Assembly: GCA_051362555.1 (NCBI GenBank)
Contig: CM120641.1
Location: 18,910,001-18,974,000 of the forward strand
Direction: 5' to 3'
From: Lingula anatina
Lineage: Eukaryota; Animalia; Brachiopoda
DNA: 64,000 bases
This document shows, piece after piece, positions 1-13,600 of this stretch. The notes below the pieces were generated by a model. The model searched no databases. It saw only the letters and a program-made list of their open reading frames with translations, and had not been told where the DNA came from. The position numbers were made by a program, and so were the translations under genes. The stretch's first letter is position 1; the number at the start of each line of letters is the position of its first letter.

Positions 1-3000
1 CATGATCAAACAACTGAATACTTATTTGACAAGTAAATCGAAATTTCATCATTTTTCCGTAAATATAGGGATACTATTCATCTATTTTAAACCGCTACCA
101 AAACACGCTGAATTTCGCTGTACAAAAGAGTACTAATCTACAAATGGTGTCTGTGAGAGCTTTTTCCATCTCCAACGTTACCGTAACATACTGTGACGCA
201 GGGCAGAATTACAAGAATTTGGTTCAATTTATGATTGGACTAAGTAAGTACACTATTGTTCAAAACCTACGACAATTAAGATGGGACTCGGAATGTAAAT
301 AGATTAGAATATTAAATTGCTTTATACCTTTATATAGCAAAAAATTAGTTTAGGATAAATTTAAACTCTTATCTCTTAATGACCTTAATTACCAAAGTAA
401 GATAATATCTAAAACCGTTTACAAATTTACAATCTGCAAACCGATTTCAATGTTTGAGCCTCTCGCTCTTCATTCTGACTTTCCCTCATTATAACGGTAA
501 AAGCTAGACATTGGGTCTCGAAGACGGTTTTATAGATGGTAATTTCAGAGCAATTTGTCGCGCATTGTAGCCTATGCTTTTCACTCTATCTCGTTTAGAT
601 TTAATATCAAATTGCCGATGTTAGACGTAGTGAAATCTAATTTGAAAAAAGTCAGAAGTAGTAAATGTAATTTCATTTAACATGTTGAATATTTTTTCAA
701 GAGATGCCTTATACCGAAGTTCACATTTGGGGATGCCCAAAAACGAAGCCGTAGTCATTGTACCACGAAGCCATTTCAGCGTTACTAGAACAGTGCCAGA
801 GATTGGGTTGGCTTCAGAACTCAATACTGTTTATAAAGACAGATGTAAAGATTCACGAAAATCAAATTCTGAATACTTTACAGCTCATTTTAGTTTAGAG
901 TGAGATTGTGGAAATAATACTTAAAAAGACCTGTTTAACAGCAGCACTGGAGGCAACATCGAGAGACTGAAAACAACTGAATTTTCACGTGAACCTTTTT
1001 AATGACCTGTGTACGTTGGCTGTGAGGTATAAGGGGTAGTGTTTTTATGGTACACCTAAGGTAGATAAACAAAGACGTCTTGAATTTCTCGAAAACCATC
1101 TAATATAATCCACTGCCATTTTGCCCTTCACCAGTTTAAGGTATTGTTTCATTTTTCGACATTTTGAAATGATTAGTTATTGCATTCGACACTGCGGCGT
1201 CAGGGTTCAAAAACGTTATAGTAGTGAATAAGATAAGGCGATCAAGCATTAATACAATGGCATGTCTCTTGCTTCTTTTTATTTGCCACCATGTAAATTA
1301 GCACTTCACAGAAAATTAAGAAGTAAATTAGATTTTTAGGTGAAGTGGCAGGGCGTGATAACCACAGACTTGACATTTAATATGGAATATCTTTTCCCAA
1401 ATCCCTTTTCTTTTGTTTTTCCCCTATTTTTCTGACTGATAAATAAAAACAAAGATTTAAATTTTTTCACTTTCAGCACCAACGTAACCGTAACAGTATG
1501 CCCCGTTTAGTAGTGATAATATTTTGATGCCTGGGTGTGGCCTCTGCGTAAATGTAGAGGACATGCGTTAGTTACATGGAAAGAATCCAGCGATGGAACC
1601 AACTGTCCGACATTTTTACGGGAATACAGGATTTGCAGCATACAGGAACTTAGTGTTGGCTGCACTCAAAATAATACTACATGTACGATTAGATGAATAG
1701 TGACGCAGCCGATGAATATGCAAACGTGTAATTTTAATTTTGTTTAATCTCTCTGTGGCTTTTAACATTGTGGATCACTAGGGATTTTTACACAGACTGC
1801 AGTGTGTGTGTGGAGGGGGGGGGGGGGGGGGGGGGGCTTGGTTTAAGTCCTACCAAACCGGTGAAAAACAACAAAGATTCTCAAACCAAATCTAGCTCCT
1901 CTAGCGTGTGGTGTACCATTATCATGAATTCTAAAGTAAAGTCAGGTAAAATAAATGTTTCAAAATCTTTTAATATAAGTAATAATAATTAGTGCTGACT
2001 TAATAATTTAGTTAATGAATAAGAAACATAATGAGGATTGTGCTGCATTATAAGAATGTAAAAGCTCAATTTTATGAACTTCTAAGTAAAATCTTAAGTC
2101 AGTTAAAATACTGTTAAAATAAAATGTTTCAAGATCTTTTTAAATATCAGTTATGATGCTTAATATTGAGCTAATTAATCAATGAATTACTTAGTTGCAC
2201 TTTCTGAATGCTTTTTTAGTTGTCAGTTTCATTGCTTTCACTTCCGTCAAAATAAAAATGGTACAAGCAACTGTTTATGGTAAAATAAACAATTTATATG
2301 TGTAATGGGAAGGGAGGGAAGGACTCGCCAAAAAATTTACAAGCCTATATTACAAGACTGAGTCAAAAACTACAAAATAAGGACTCATAAACAGATCCTA
2401 ACGCTGTTAATGGTTTTGGATATGGTATACCTTGATTATGGGAAAATATTTAAAATTTCCAGGGAAATTATACATTTGCTACAGAGGTTTGATTCTGACT
2501 TTGTGCCTTGGCTCATTCCCTTTGTCAAGCAGGTCACATCAGTCTTTTTCTTTTGTATTTACTGTAATACCATAGTAAAATGTTGAAATAAACATAGTTG
2601 AATATCCTGTCTGTTGATATATCTTACAAAATCATCCAAACAAGAAATAGTTGACAATGTTATTAAATCTTCTTATTGAAGAACAATGGACACAACAAGG
2701 TTTCAGTTTGCATAAGGTTTTAAGTTTTATTTCAAGAATGTTCATATTTTGATTCTGTCCACTTTTTGCTTCACTGATGTACAACATGATGCACAATTGC
2801 CTCTTTCAAAATATAACTCCATTCTACAAAGTATATATGAAATATGAATAATTTATACCTTTATAAAAATTTAAGCATCTCTCTTGGTAGAAAAAAAAAA
2901 GAGAGTTGTTTTACCTACTTCCATGAATGGACTAGATGTTTACACCTTACTGCACACTTAAACTTCCTCTCTGCCTTCATGGTCAATTCCAAACTACTTA

Positions 3001-4666
3001 TCTCAAAATGTAAAACATGGACAACTACAAAGGCACACATTCAATCTTCAAATGAAAGCCAATTTCTTAACAATCCAATACTATATAGAATATCTATACC
3101 TACAGATAAGTAAAGCTACTGAAGGTGGCATTTCTATAATCTCTATGGCTCTGTCATACAGAATACCTTATAACTGTACAGAAGTAAATGTTTTCAGGTA
3201 AATTCTAAATTGGAACATAACTTACTGCTAGGAAAGTGGATAAGCTCAAATCTGCCATTCAAACAAATTAGACTATGCTATAGGGCATATAGCATTTGAG
3301 ACCTTTTTCTTTTTAGAAAATGTAGTCTTTCTTCTTAAAGCAGATTTTTTGTCAACATTAATAAAACCCTATTACATAACTCATTTATAGGTAACGATAC
3401 ATGTAATACTGTCTATAGTCTGATAATGCACTGCTTTGCATGCTCCAATTTATTAAATATTGTGTGGTCGTATTAGCATGATTTGATATGCCCAATCAAA
3501 TATTTCATTAACAAGCACATTTTTGCCAAAATTTGAAAGAATTCACAATTCTTATTTCTAATCCAAAAGATAATACTACATAATCTTCAGTATTTGGTAT
3601 ATGAAGCTCATCTAAACCCTGATATGAACAGTCTATGAAATTTCATCAATTTACCAAGTTCTGTATTATTTTAAAACTTTTTCATTATGGCAGTGTCAAT
3701 ATATAACACAGAAAGAAAACATGACAAATCTAAACCATTGAGAAACCAAATATGATTAAAAAAAAAAACTATGAATCTTTAATTGATTTCATAGGTCAGT
3801 ATGTACAAGCTTTAAACATAACACAGATTAATAAATAAGTGATGTATACTGCTCTAATATTTAAATCATCTCAATTTTACTCCTTTCACATTTAAGTGAG
3901 TAATTATTATAAAATTCCAGCATGTGATAAAACCAGCTTCATGGAGGAATTACTAAAATGAAACATGATCAGAACACATGTACAATATGTATAAATATTA
4001 AATGGGATACGAGTTACTAGAATCAAAATGAAATTATTCATTATAAATGCCCTCTTTTTCATATATTTTAAGCATCATAGTAATATTAGTTTCCTTACTA
4101 CTTACTTGTTTTAAAATGTCAAAGGAATTTCATAGGAATAATCAATTACTGGTGCATCTAGTTTTCATCACATGTTTACTGCTGCAGTATAAGTTTGCCT
4201 TTTCCCCACTGGTTAGCAGTTCATCATATTATTAATAAAATTGTCTCTTTACACATCAAATAATACAAATTGGACAAATACCTTGAGCATGAATCAAATT
4301 AAGCCATCTAACTGTGATTTCTGACAATCAGTAGTTTATTTATTTTAATAACAGTAAAAAAATGCACTAAATAAAAATAAATTAAAGCAGTAGAAAGTGG
4401 TAATATTAAAAATCTTGTACCATGTAACATTAACAAATAAATAAATAAATTGAAATTTTTGTCTCCAGCTCAAAAAATCCATCATACTCCTAAAATACGA
4501 ACTAAATAATATAAAATGTTATAATTAATAAAAAAAAAATTAAGAAGCCATAAAATTGAAATTTTATCAGCAGGTCATATGACAGTTGTTCAGGAAACAT
4601 AACTGTATTGGGCATGATGTGACCATTATCCCAGAATGTTGGGGGCACAACACGGCCAATTCTGCA

Positions 4667-7600
4667 TTATGCTGTCGGCTAGCCAATAGAAATGAAGAAC
4701 ACATGGGCCTAGGACTGAAAAAAGTAATGCTTCAAAATATAGAATGGGGAACTAAAATATTTGTTATCAAACATTCATAGTAAAGATAAACATGAATAAT
4801 TCCATATACTTTTAATTTTCTTCTATTTTGTGTATAGTGAAACTGCACTCCTTCAATCATCTCACTGATACTATTATATCAACAAGCTAAATGTAGATAA
4901 GCTGTCAGAGAATATAAAAGACATTGTATCTAAGTAATAATTACTATTTATAAAGTATTTAATATCAAAGCCGCCCCCACCCCACTACAAACCTTGTTCT
5001 CTGTGCTGATATCTTCAGGTCTGGAACATTCTTCTGTGGCATCTATAACCAGATTAAACAAAAACAAGTTGTACGGTTATGTCTGTAAAGTTACTTGACA
5101 TCTTTATAAGACAAAGTTTTTTTGGCAAAAATATCTTGACAAATCTTTATAAGGCATGAAGTTTCTTTTCTTTGTTTTTTTTTTTTTTTGTAAAAAAATC
5201 AACAAATGGCAACAAATTAATTTTTTCAATTGAAGTTAAACAGTTAGATGGCAATCCAGCTGTGTTACCTGCAGATAAATGATATTTTGAATCTGAAAGA
5301 ATAGATAGCTAGTCACTTAATAAATAACTGTTAATATCCAATGCAAACCTTTGTTTTCTTCCTTGCTCTGTTCTGTATTGTCAGAAGTGAAGACTTGTTT
5401 TGGGTTTGCATTGCCATTTTCAACCTTTGTCTCTGTGTCAAGAACATCACTATCTTGTTCTGACTGCTGCAGCTGTTGTGTGGGTAATGTTTGTTCACAA
5501 GTTTTCTCGCTATTTTCTACAACATCTGCCACTACGCTTTCACTGAGTGTTGCCTGCTCTGATGTCTCTGCATGCATGGTGTTCTTAACATCTGGTGTCA
5601 CCTCAGAACTTTCTTGGACATCCCCATCCCCAATTTTTTCAACAGCTCTGTCCTCTATCATGTTATCTGCCATATCATCCTTTGCATGTTCTCCTTCATC
5701 TTTTGTGCTTGCATCTTGAGTATTGCCTTGCTCTGCTGCTGTGTCCCCTGCAGCACCAACATCATCGCTTCTGCACCCAGCCTGTGGGGGGCTGTTGTCA
5801 GGGTAACGTTCTTCCATTTCTGCTGCCCAGTCAACCACATGGACAGGAGTTTTCAGGGTGACCTCTGGACTGGTCGGGGTAGTAGGCTCAGCTGCTGCTG
5901 CAATGTCTAATTTCAGATTTTTTGTCAGTGACTCAACTTCCTGGCTTGTGTCTAGCTTAGATGTTTCTGAATTTTCAGCCTCCTCCTCCTCGTCCTCCTC
6001 ATAATCATGGTGATCTTCATCCTCAGGGCAATCCTCCCATTCTTCATCGTCATCATGATGATCACCATAATGCCCTTCATCTTCATTTGGATGTGGACTG
6101 TTTTGGTTCTCTGGCTGTCCATGCTCTCCTTCATGCCACTGCTCTTCTCCCTCTGGCCACTGGTCAGAATGCTCACCATAGCCACCTTCCGTGAGCCCAG
6201 ATGAGATATTGCTGTCATTTAAATCTTCTGATTCTAAATGTTTCTGGCTGCCAGATTCAGAGGACTCTGACTGTGACAAGGTGTCAGATCTAGAAGTTGA
6301 ACCCAGATTCTCCTCTGCTTTAGATTTATCCTCCTGTGTTAATCTTTCTCCTCCCCTTCCCCGACTGCTTCCTTCATGCCCTTGTCCTCGCCCTCTTGCA
6401 CGACCACGCCCTCCACGCTCAGATTTCCTTCCACGGCCTGCTTTCTGGTTGTCAATCTTGATGAGTAAAGAATCTTCCTGCTTTTGGACTTTTCGATGCT
6501 CATCACTTCCTGATGAAGTTGTGCGATTCCGTGGACTTGAGCCTCGCCCTTTGCCTCCTCTTGATCCTCCCTGGTTACTGTTGCCACCATGGGGAGGCTC
6601 TAAAACAAAATGAAACTTTTTTGCAACAAAACTTTGTTATTTAATTAATTGTAGGAAAGAGTTTTAAACTATATATCACCTTGTTGAAATGTTCCTTTTA
6701 ATATATATTATCTGAAGACCAAGAAATGTTCCATGTATTTAACAATGCTGGGAATATATCAACATAAAGAGTTTTCAGTAGAGTTAAATCTGGTTTATGC
6801 TGACTAAAGGAACATTTTTTAAAATATCCAATTGATCTGACAGAAAAAAATTGATTCCATCAAAACATTATTGCTGATTGGCTGAAAGAAAATAGAAGAG
6901 ACCAGCTTTTGTGCAGGTCTACATGTTAACTATTTGATGCTGATCACAAGAAAAGCAACTGGCTATTCTGAATCATCAGAAGTCTGTGTACTTCTCTTTT
7001 TACATGTGACATTCATACATGATACATGTTTGTAATATAGTAATGACTGATTCATATTCTTTTAGCTTCTTTTGAAAACAAGTAATATTACATGAGCTTA
7101 ACCTTTTTACAATACACCTTAAACCCTAATGCTGTAAAATTATAAAAGTTACTATAAATACATTGGCATTTACTAACACTACTACTAAAATAAGCCATTT
7201 AACATATAATATCTGTATTTTTTCTTCTATCTGATTAATGAAAGTAATAGTGCAAAATTATATCTTGAAAATTATTCCACTGTATAAAGATTGACAAACA
7301 TTTGTAGAATATCCTCATTCATTAGCACTTCAACAAGAATACAATACTCTAACCACTGGTAGCATGGATGATATTTAATGAAAGCTGATAGTAATATAAT
7401 TAGAGAAACAAGAGACAGCTGTTTCCTGGACCATTCAAAACCATGACAACATGACAAGAGCAGGACCAGAGTTTTTTCAAATATCATCAGTATCTGCACA
7501 TTAGTAGGAATGGATTATTGCACTTTTCCTGCCAGGACAAAATTTTTAGGTATGCTGGTGTGTTGTACCTTTCTTTGAGATACCTTCTCCTCTCTGCCTT

Positions 7601-10600
7601 TCCTGTCTGTCACCACGATCAAACCGTCCACTCCCTATACGGCCAGCTTCAATGACAGGAAAATAGCCAGTGGTCAAGATATCAAAGAGATAAAAGTTCC
7701 ACTGTTTCAAATCCAATCATTACTTAGTAATATCAAAAATCTTGCAGCTAAGATTGAAAAAATTCTAGAAAGTATTTCCAAAATTTAATATGAAATTCCT
7801 TTAATCTGTCTCAAAATTAAAATCAAGAAATGGAGGTTCACATGGTTACTAATTCAAAATTTATAATTCTTTTCAGGCTAACCACAGAAAAACAACAATT
7901 AAAGCATCTGGCATGCGGAACTAGAACATCCACTAACTAAGACCCCATTTCCAGAGATTAGATCGATCTACTTTAGATCGACCTAACTCCCTGGGGGTTC
8001 ACGCTAAATAGCTGTCAGCGGGACGGACACGAAAGTTAATTACCCCCTTAGGGCTTGTAGTAGGGGGGACGGACATTTAAGCCGGATTATCTGACAGTAA
8101 TCTAGTGAGACTTCCCGCGGGGATAGAGCGATCTAAAAGCTCTGGGAATACAGCCTAAGAAGACAGTCCAAGTCAAACCCAAAAAAGATGCAGGTGATTT
8201 TGTAACATTTAAAATACCTCCTGATAAGTTTTACCAAGCACCCAGACAAAAAGTTTTGTTCTGAGAGAGAGTTTCAAGTGCCAGCAGGATATGATGGCTG
8301 GATTGATATGTCATCAGTTGATGCAAACCTGTGCTTTCATATATTGTTGTCAAATCCAGTTGGCTGAATACACGAGCTGGTATCCAGTCAGTGGGGCAGG
8401 ATATCAAGAATAGTTTTTTTTTTAGTAATGTTTGCTCATTTATATGCTCCTGTAACTTGCTTGTTATTTTATTTAGATAAGCAATAATTTTAATTATGTG
8501 GAGGTAAAGAAATAATAAATATTTTTACGTTTCCCTTATTTTAATCAAACAACATGAGTTGGCATTACTGGAATGTGATATGCCATAGTGGGCAACTGGT
8601 TATGTTTACCAATATGTATTAATTTAGCCACTGTATCTTGCCAGCACTGGAAAGTCTCTATCACTGTCATTATTTTGGTCAATGCACTTCATTGTGTCAT
8701 TCACTGTGTCATTAGTAAGACCTGATCTTTCTTTTAGCTCTAATAAGCTGTTAATCTGTAAGGTTAACAATTTCTTTTTAGTTTCACATCACCTGCTTCT
8801 TGTAATGTCTTTTTTTTAGTTTGATGGATGGTCTCATAAAAGGAAAAAAATCTCACAAGCAATTCTCTTATAAACTTGGTATCTGATAACCCACAGTTAC
8901 TGATTGCTGAATGTCACCATTACTATCATAAATCTAGGGGTGGTGTCATGGTTTAATACATTACATATAAAAGGTCCATGCCACAAGGCAAAATAAAATC
9001 AACCTGTAACACCGAATCCTAAAAAATTCCCTCCTGTCAACCATGCAAATACATGCAATGTGCACATACCAAATGAAAAAAAGTTCCTACGCTGCTATAT
9101 ATATATATATATATATCAAAACACTCACAGCTGCACTACACCTTTTACTTGCTACAATATGTTAAATAAAAAGCAATACATTCTTTGATAAAAGTTGAAT
9201 ATACCACACCAGTCATTGTCTTTATGTTTGTTTTGAGGATATGCATGTTAATAACAGGTACTTCAGCAAGTTTATTACACAAATTTTTCTTGGAAAAGGT
9301 TTCCTCCTGACCTTAAGAGTGTCCATACATATCATATCATTTAAAGACCCCCTGTTTTATAGCTTCTATGAATTCACAGTAAATCAAGGTGAATATGTGG
9401 GTCTTCATATTTTGCTAGAAAAACTGTCCTGATTTTACATATCTGTAGAACATATAACCCAATGACTGGCAAGGATATACTTAATGGCCCTCACCTATAA
9501 TATTAAGAGGTTGCTGGTTAGCTAAAACTTAGAACAGGTAAACATGGATAAAATGCAAAACACAACCAAAGGTAATCTCAAATAAAACAATTTAAGGTAA
9601 GGTAATTTAATTCCAAAAGCAAACCACCATCAAAGGTATCACGTAACACCTTGCCACTTTCCTTGAACCATCTCTCCATCTTATATAAGTGTTTGAATGA
9701 GATGGGTTGAGATCAAATTTGAAAGAATAAAAGGAATTGTCCACCTTGCATGCTGTCTGGTGGTAAATAAGCAATTTTCAACTTAAATACAGAGCTCTTG
9801 TAGAATATCACAATATCTCTAAACATTTTATATTAAATAACATTTTTGAAATTAAAAAAAAAAAAAAGAATGATTCCACAAAATTTACATAATTATGTGC
9901 CTGCAGAATACACTCCTAGTATCAACATTAAATTTACAATTATATATTCATTCTTTGGCACCTATAACAGATGTACAAATTACTTTATTTTTATGTTAAT
10001 CAACTGTTTAATAATAATCAGTTACCTTGTGGTAATTTGTAGATTGTCAATTTAAACAAATAACATGATTTAACGTGAAATTCATTTTTTTTTAAAGAAA
10101 AAAGTAGGCCAAGAAGCTTTAAAAAGAGAAAAAGATTTGAAAAAAAAAAAAATCCTGAATAATTTTACAACAGAGCATCAGTTTAAAACTGAAAACAAAC
10201 GAGAATCCAACAATATATCAACCATGCTATTAGGTCAAACAAATAGAAAACAACTTTAAATTATCACTCATCAAGCCACTGGACAAAAAACTTAATCAAA
10301 ATGCATGTAGATATGATTCCCTCGTAGAAATGGCTTTCACAACACAAATTTGCAAGCAATCCACATTCCTCCACTATTCTGTGATCAAATCTATTAATTT
10401 ATACAATTTCTATTATAATTTCACCATTGGAAATTTTCTTCAAACTCATTTAAATCATTCATTTCAGTAAATATTAATCTCTACAAAAGGTTCTGTAAGG
10501 ATTAGAATAAAAAGAAATGTGGACAATTGAATAACTCACGTGGCCTAAGAACACAATAAAAAGCATTTCTTTTTTTACAATGGCAAACACCCATTATGTA

Positions 10601-13600
10601 CTGCAATACATACCTGGTCGCTTTGCTGGCTCAGTGGCTGACGGGCTAGGGAGATCATCAAATCTTTTGTGGAGAAAAAAATTAAATCATTAGAATGCCT
10701 TCATCTAGTTTTTGTAGGTAAATTGCAGTTATTGTAATTAATTGTAAAACAGTGATGTACAAACAAGTGCATAACTTTGTTAAGAGGGCTAATATTATAT
10801 AGATAAATCTTGAACTGACATAGTTCATATTTTTTATCTTAAAAATAGAGCCAGTTTTCTGACTGAACTTTTTTTGTAAAATCTGCCCCTGCTTTCCATA
10901 ACACTCATTCCCTCTCACCTCGCCTCCTCTTTATCATGATCCCACTCCCGCCTCCAGTCTCCACCTGTATCCCGCTGCCTCTGTATACGAGCCTGATCAA
11001 TGCGGTCCCTCTCTGCCTTCCATTCCTGATACTCCCTTCTCTCTTTCCCTGTCATACGCATTGCCATCTCCATGTTGGAACGTGGAGGACCCTTGTACCT
11101 TGACTGTCAAAATAAGATGTGCACATGAGAATATCATGGAAGAAGTTAATCAAAACAACGAAACAAATATGGCCTGTGATGGAGCATTAAGGGCCTAGGT
11201 ATCTCTTCTGCCAGAATTGCATCTCTTCTGCCAGACTTGTAAATTGTAAAAAATTATTAAAAATTTTAATCAGGGATGCTAGTGGGGTCCGGAAAGAAAA
11301 CCTGAACTTTTTCTTGGCAAAGACCGGGGGGGGGGGGGGGGGGGTACAAATTGATTATGAAACAATTACTATATTTCAAATTTTATTTAATAAATATATT
11401 GCAATATATGTCATCACAACTTCATGGTAATTTTCAACAGTTGTTTCCAAGGATAATCTTGACATTGACAAGATGGAAGTGCCATCAGTACATAAACACC
11501 TACCACCCATAGTAGACAGTAATGATCCCTCACGTAAGCTTGATAATCACCAGCATGATAATGATAGTCACTAAATGTTAATCCCTTTCATTTATCATTT
11601 TCAAAGATTGGTAATGGCTAATATCGTCTGTTCCCCTCTCCGCGAAATCCATTTAGTTTGGTTTAGTTCAAAATTCCGCGCACGCGGTGTCAAAACTTTC
11701 CACATGGGTGCCGACATTAAAGCCTACATTTCCAACCAATCAAGCGCCATGAATAAATCACGTGCTACGGTTGTGACTAGATATTGTGTTGAAACGCAGC
11801 TCTGTCGCAATGGTTGAAATGCGACGTTCCTCTGACGCATCGTTCGTCCAGTACGCGACCACGTTAAAAACGAGAATTCCGGAACAAAATATAGTACCAG
11901 AAAATTTTATAACTGGACGCAAAAAACCGGAAGACTAGCATCCCTGTTTAATGTCACATGAAGTTGAGGAACTGTCTGTCCCACACATGTGACAATTTAA
12001 CTATATATCTAAAACTGTAAAATAAATTCTCCAAATCACAACCAAACAAAACATATATATCATGTCCATGACCTATCAAAATCTTTTTTATTAAAGAGTA
12101 ACTATAAAATGAAATTACCTTTCCTCTTTCTTTCTGAATTCTAGTTTTTACGTCATCAAAATTTGAACCACCAAAATTCCTGGGGTGTCGTCTGCTTCCC
12201 TCATCCCTACTGCCCCCTTGTGGTGGAGGACCATGACCATCATCATCTCGGTCACGTGCCCTGTCTGCCAGAAAGTTGAATGCTGGATCTGGAGGTGGTC
12301 CTCCCTATAGGAAATGTCAAATATACATCGATAATTCACATGGTTTAGTTGATTTATTTCCAAAATTATGTTCTAGGCCAAATAAGCCTTAACAAAAAAA
12401 AGTGGGTTCTCTTTTAATTGAATTACAAGACTAAAGGTGCCATCAGGCATATAATTCAACAAAAATGTTTACACACTCTTTATCCAAAACACTGGTAATT
12501 TTTATTCTAAAAGATTGTACAGTGTCATTGCTTTATTACAAATCAGCAATGCATTTTCTAAAGTCCTCGATGTTTCTTTACCTCCGTAGGACTTGTGGGA
12601 GTTCTTCCAGAGGGGGGTCGACGGTTACCACCACGTCTGTCATCAGACCTGCCATCATGATCCTGACATGATACATTAAGATATAAACTTTTTATAACAA
12701 CTTTTTATAACAACAGTTCTAGAATAAAAAACTCAAAACCAATTCCACCAAATAATTTTAACCAGTAATGCTCAAGTGTTGCACTGTAATTCATCTCTGT
12801 AGCAGCAGACAGATACAAAATTTAATAGATAATGTTGGCAGTCCACAAACCATTCTTTGGCTATATTTTTAAAACATTATTTCTATATAATAAAGGACTT
12901 TTTTCATTGCATTCTGACTTCATCTCACCTGCTTTCCTCCTCTACCTCCACCTTGGTGCCATGGTGCCTCATCATGCCCAGAATCCTATGAAACAAACAA
13001 GAAAGACTGGAACCATTTTTGGAGAAATGTGCCAATGTACATATTCCCATGAAGTCAGTACCCAGTCCTCATGTATGTCCTTAGGGAATTTCACCATGAT
13101 GAATCACAGCAAAACTGATAATCAAAATTCAAATTATTACAATAAATGACAAAACTTCTGTCATACACTTCCTATAATTGGTAACTTGTGCCTGAAAGAA
13201 TATGGACCATATATGACAATATGAAAAAAAAAACTTGGAAAATATAATTATTTCAACTCGGGTATTTCTGCTGACCTGCTGCTGGTGAAAGGATGTTGGA
13301 CGGTTTCCTCTTCCTCTACCTCGCCTTCCACCAGAATGGGGTCGCCCTTCTTCATCATCCATATTGTGAAACTAAAGTGACAAATTGAAGTGGCCATTTT
13401 CACTCGAATCTTTTACCAGTTACTGCATATTACCCAAGATGTAAGCAAAAATACTACAAACAGATGTTATTTTATTCTTAGAAACAATGTTTTTTTTTAA
13501 ACTGTCACTATCATAAAATGTGATGTACAATAAACCATTGACTTACATGCCTTCCCCTTCCTCGCCCCCCTCGGTGGTCCTAAAATGAGGAATTCAATAA

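Noticed and set aside
1-2300. Short ORFs and a poly-G run at the window start
   Set aside because: No recognisable protein motifs or consistent exon structure; treated as intergenic.
5351-6613. Several plus-strand ORFs of 60-140 aa
   Set aside because: Antisense shadows of the large low-complexity CCDC9 exon.
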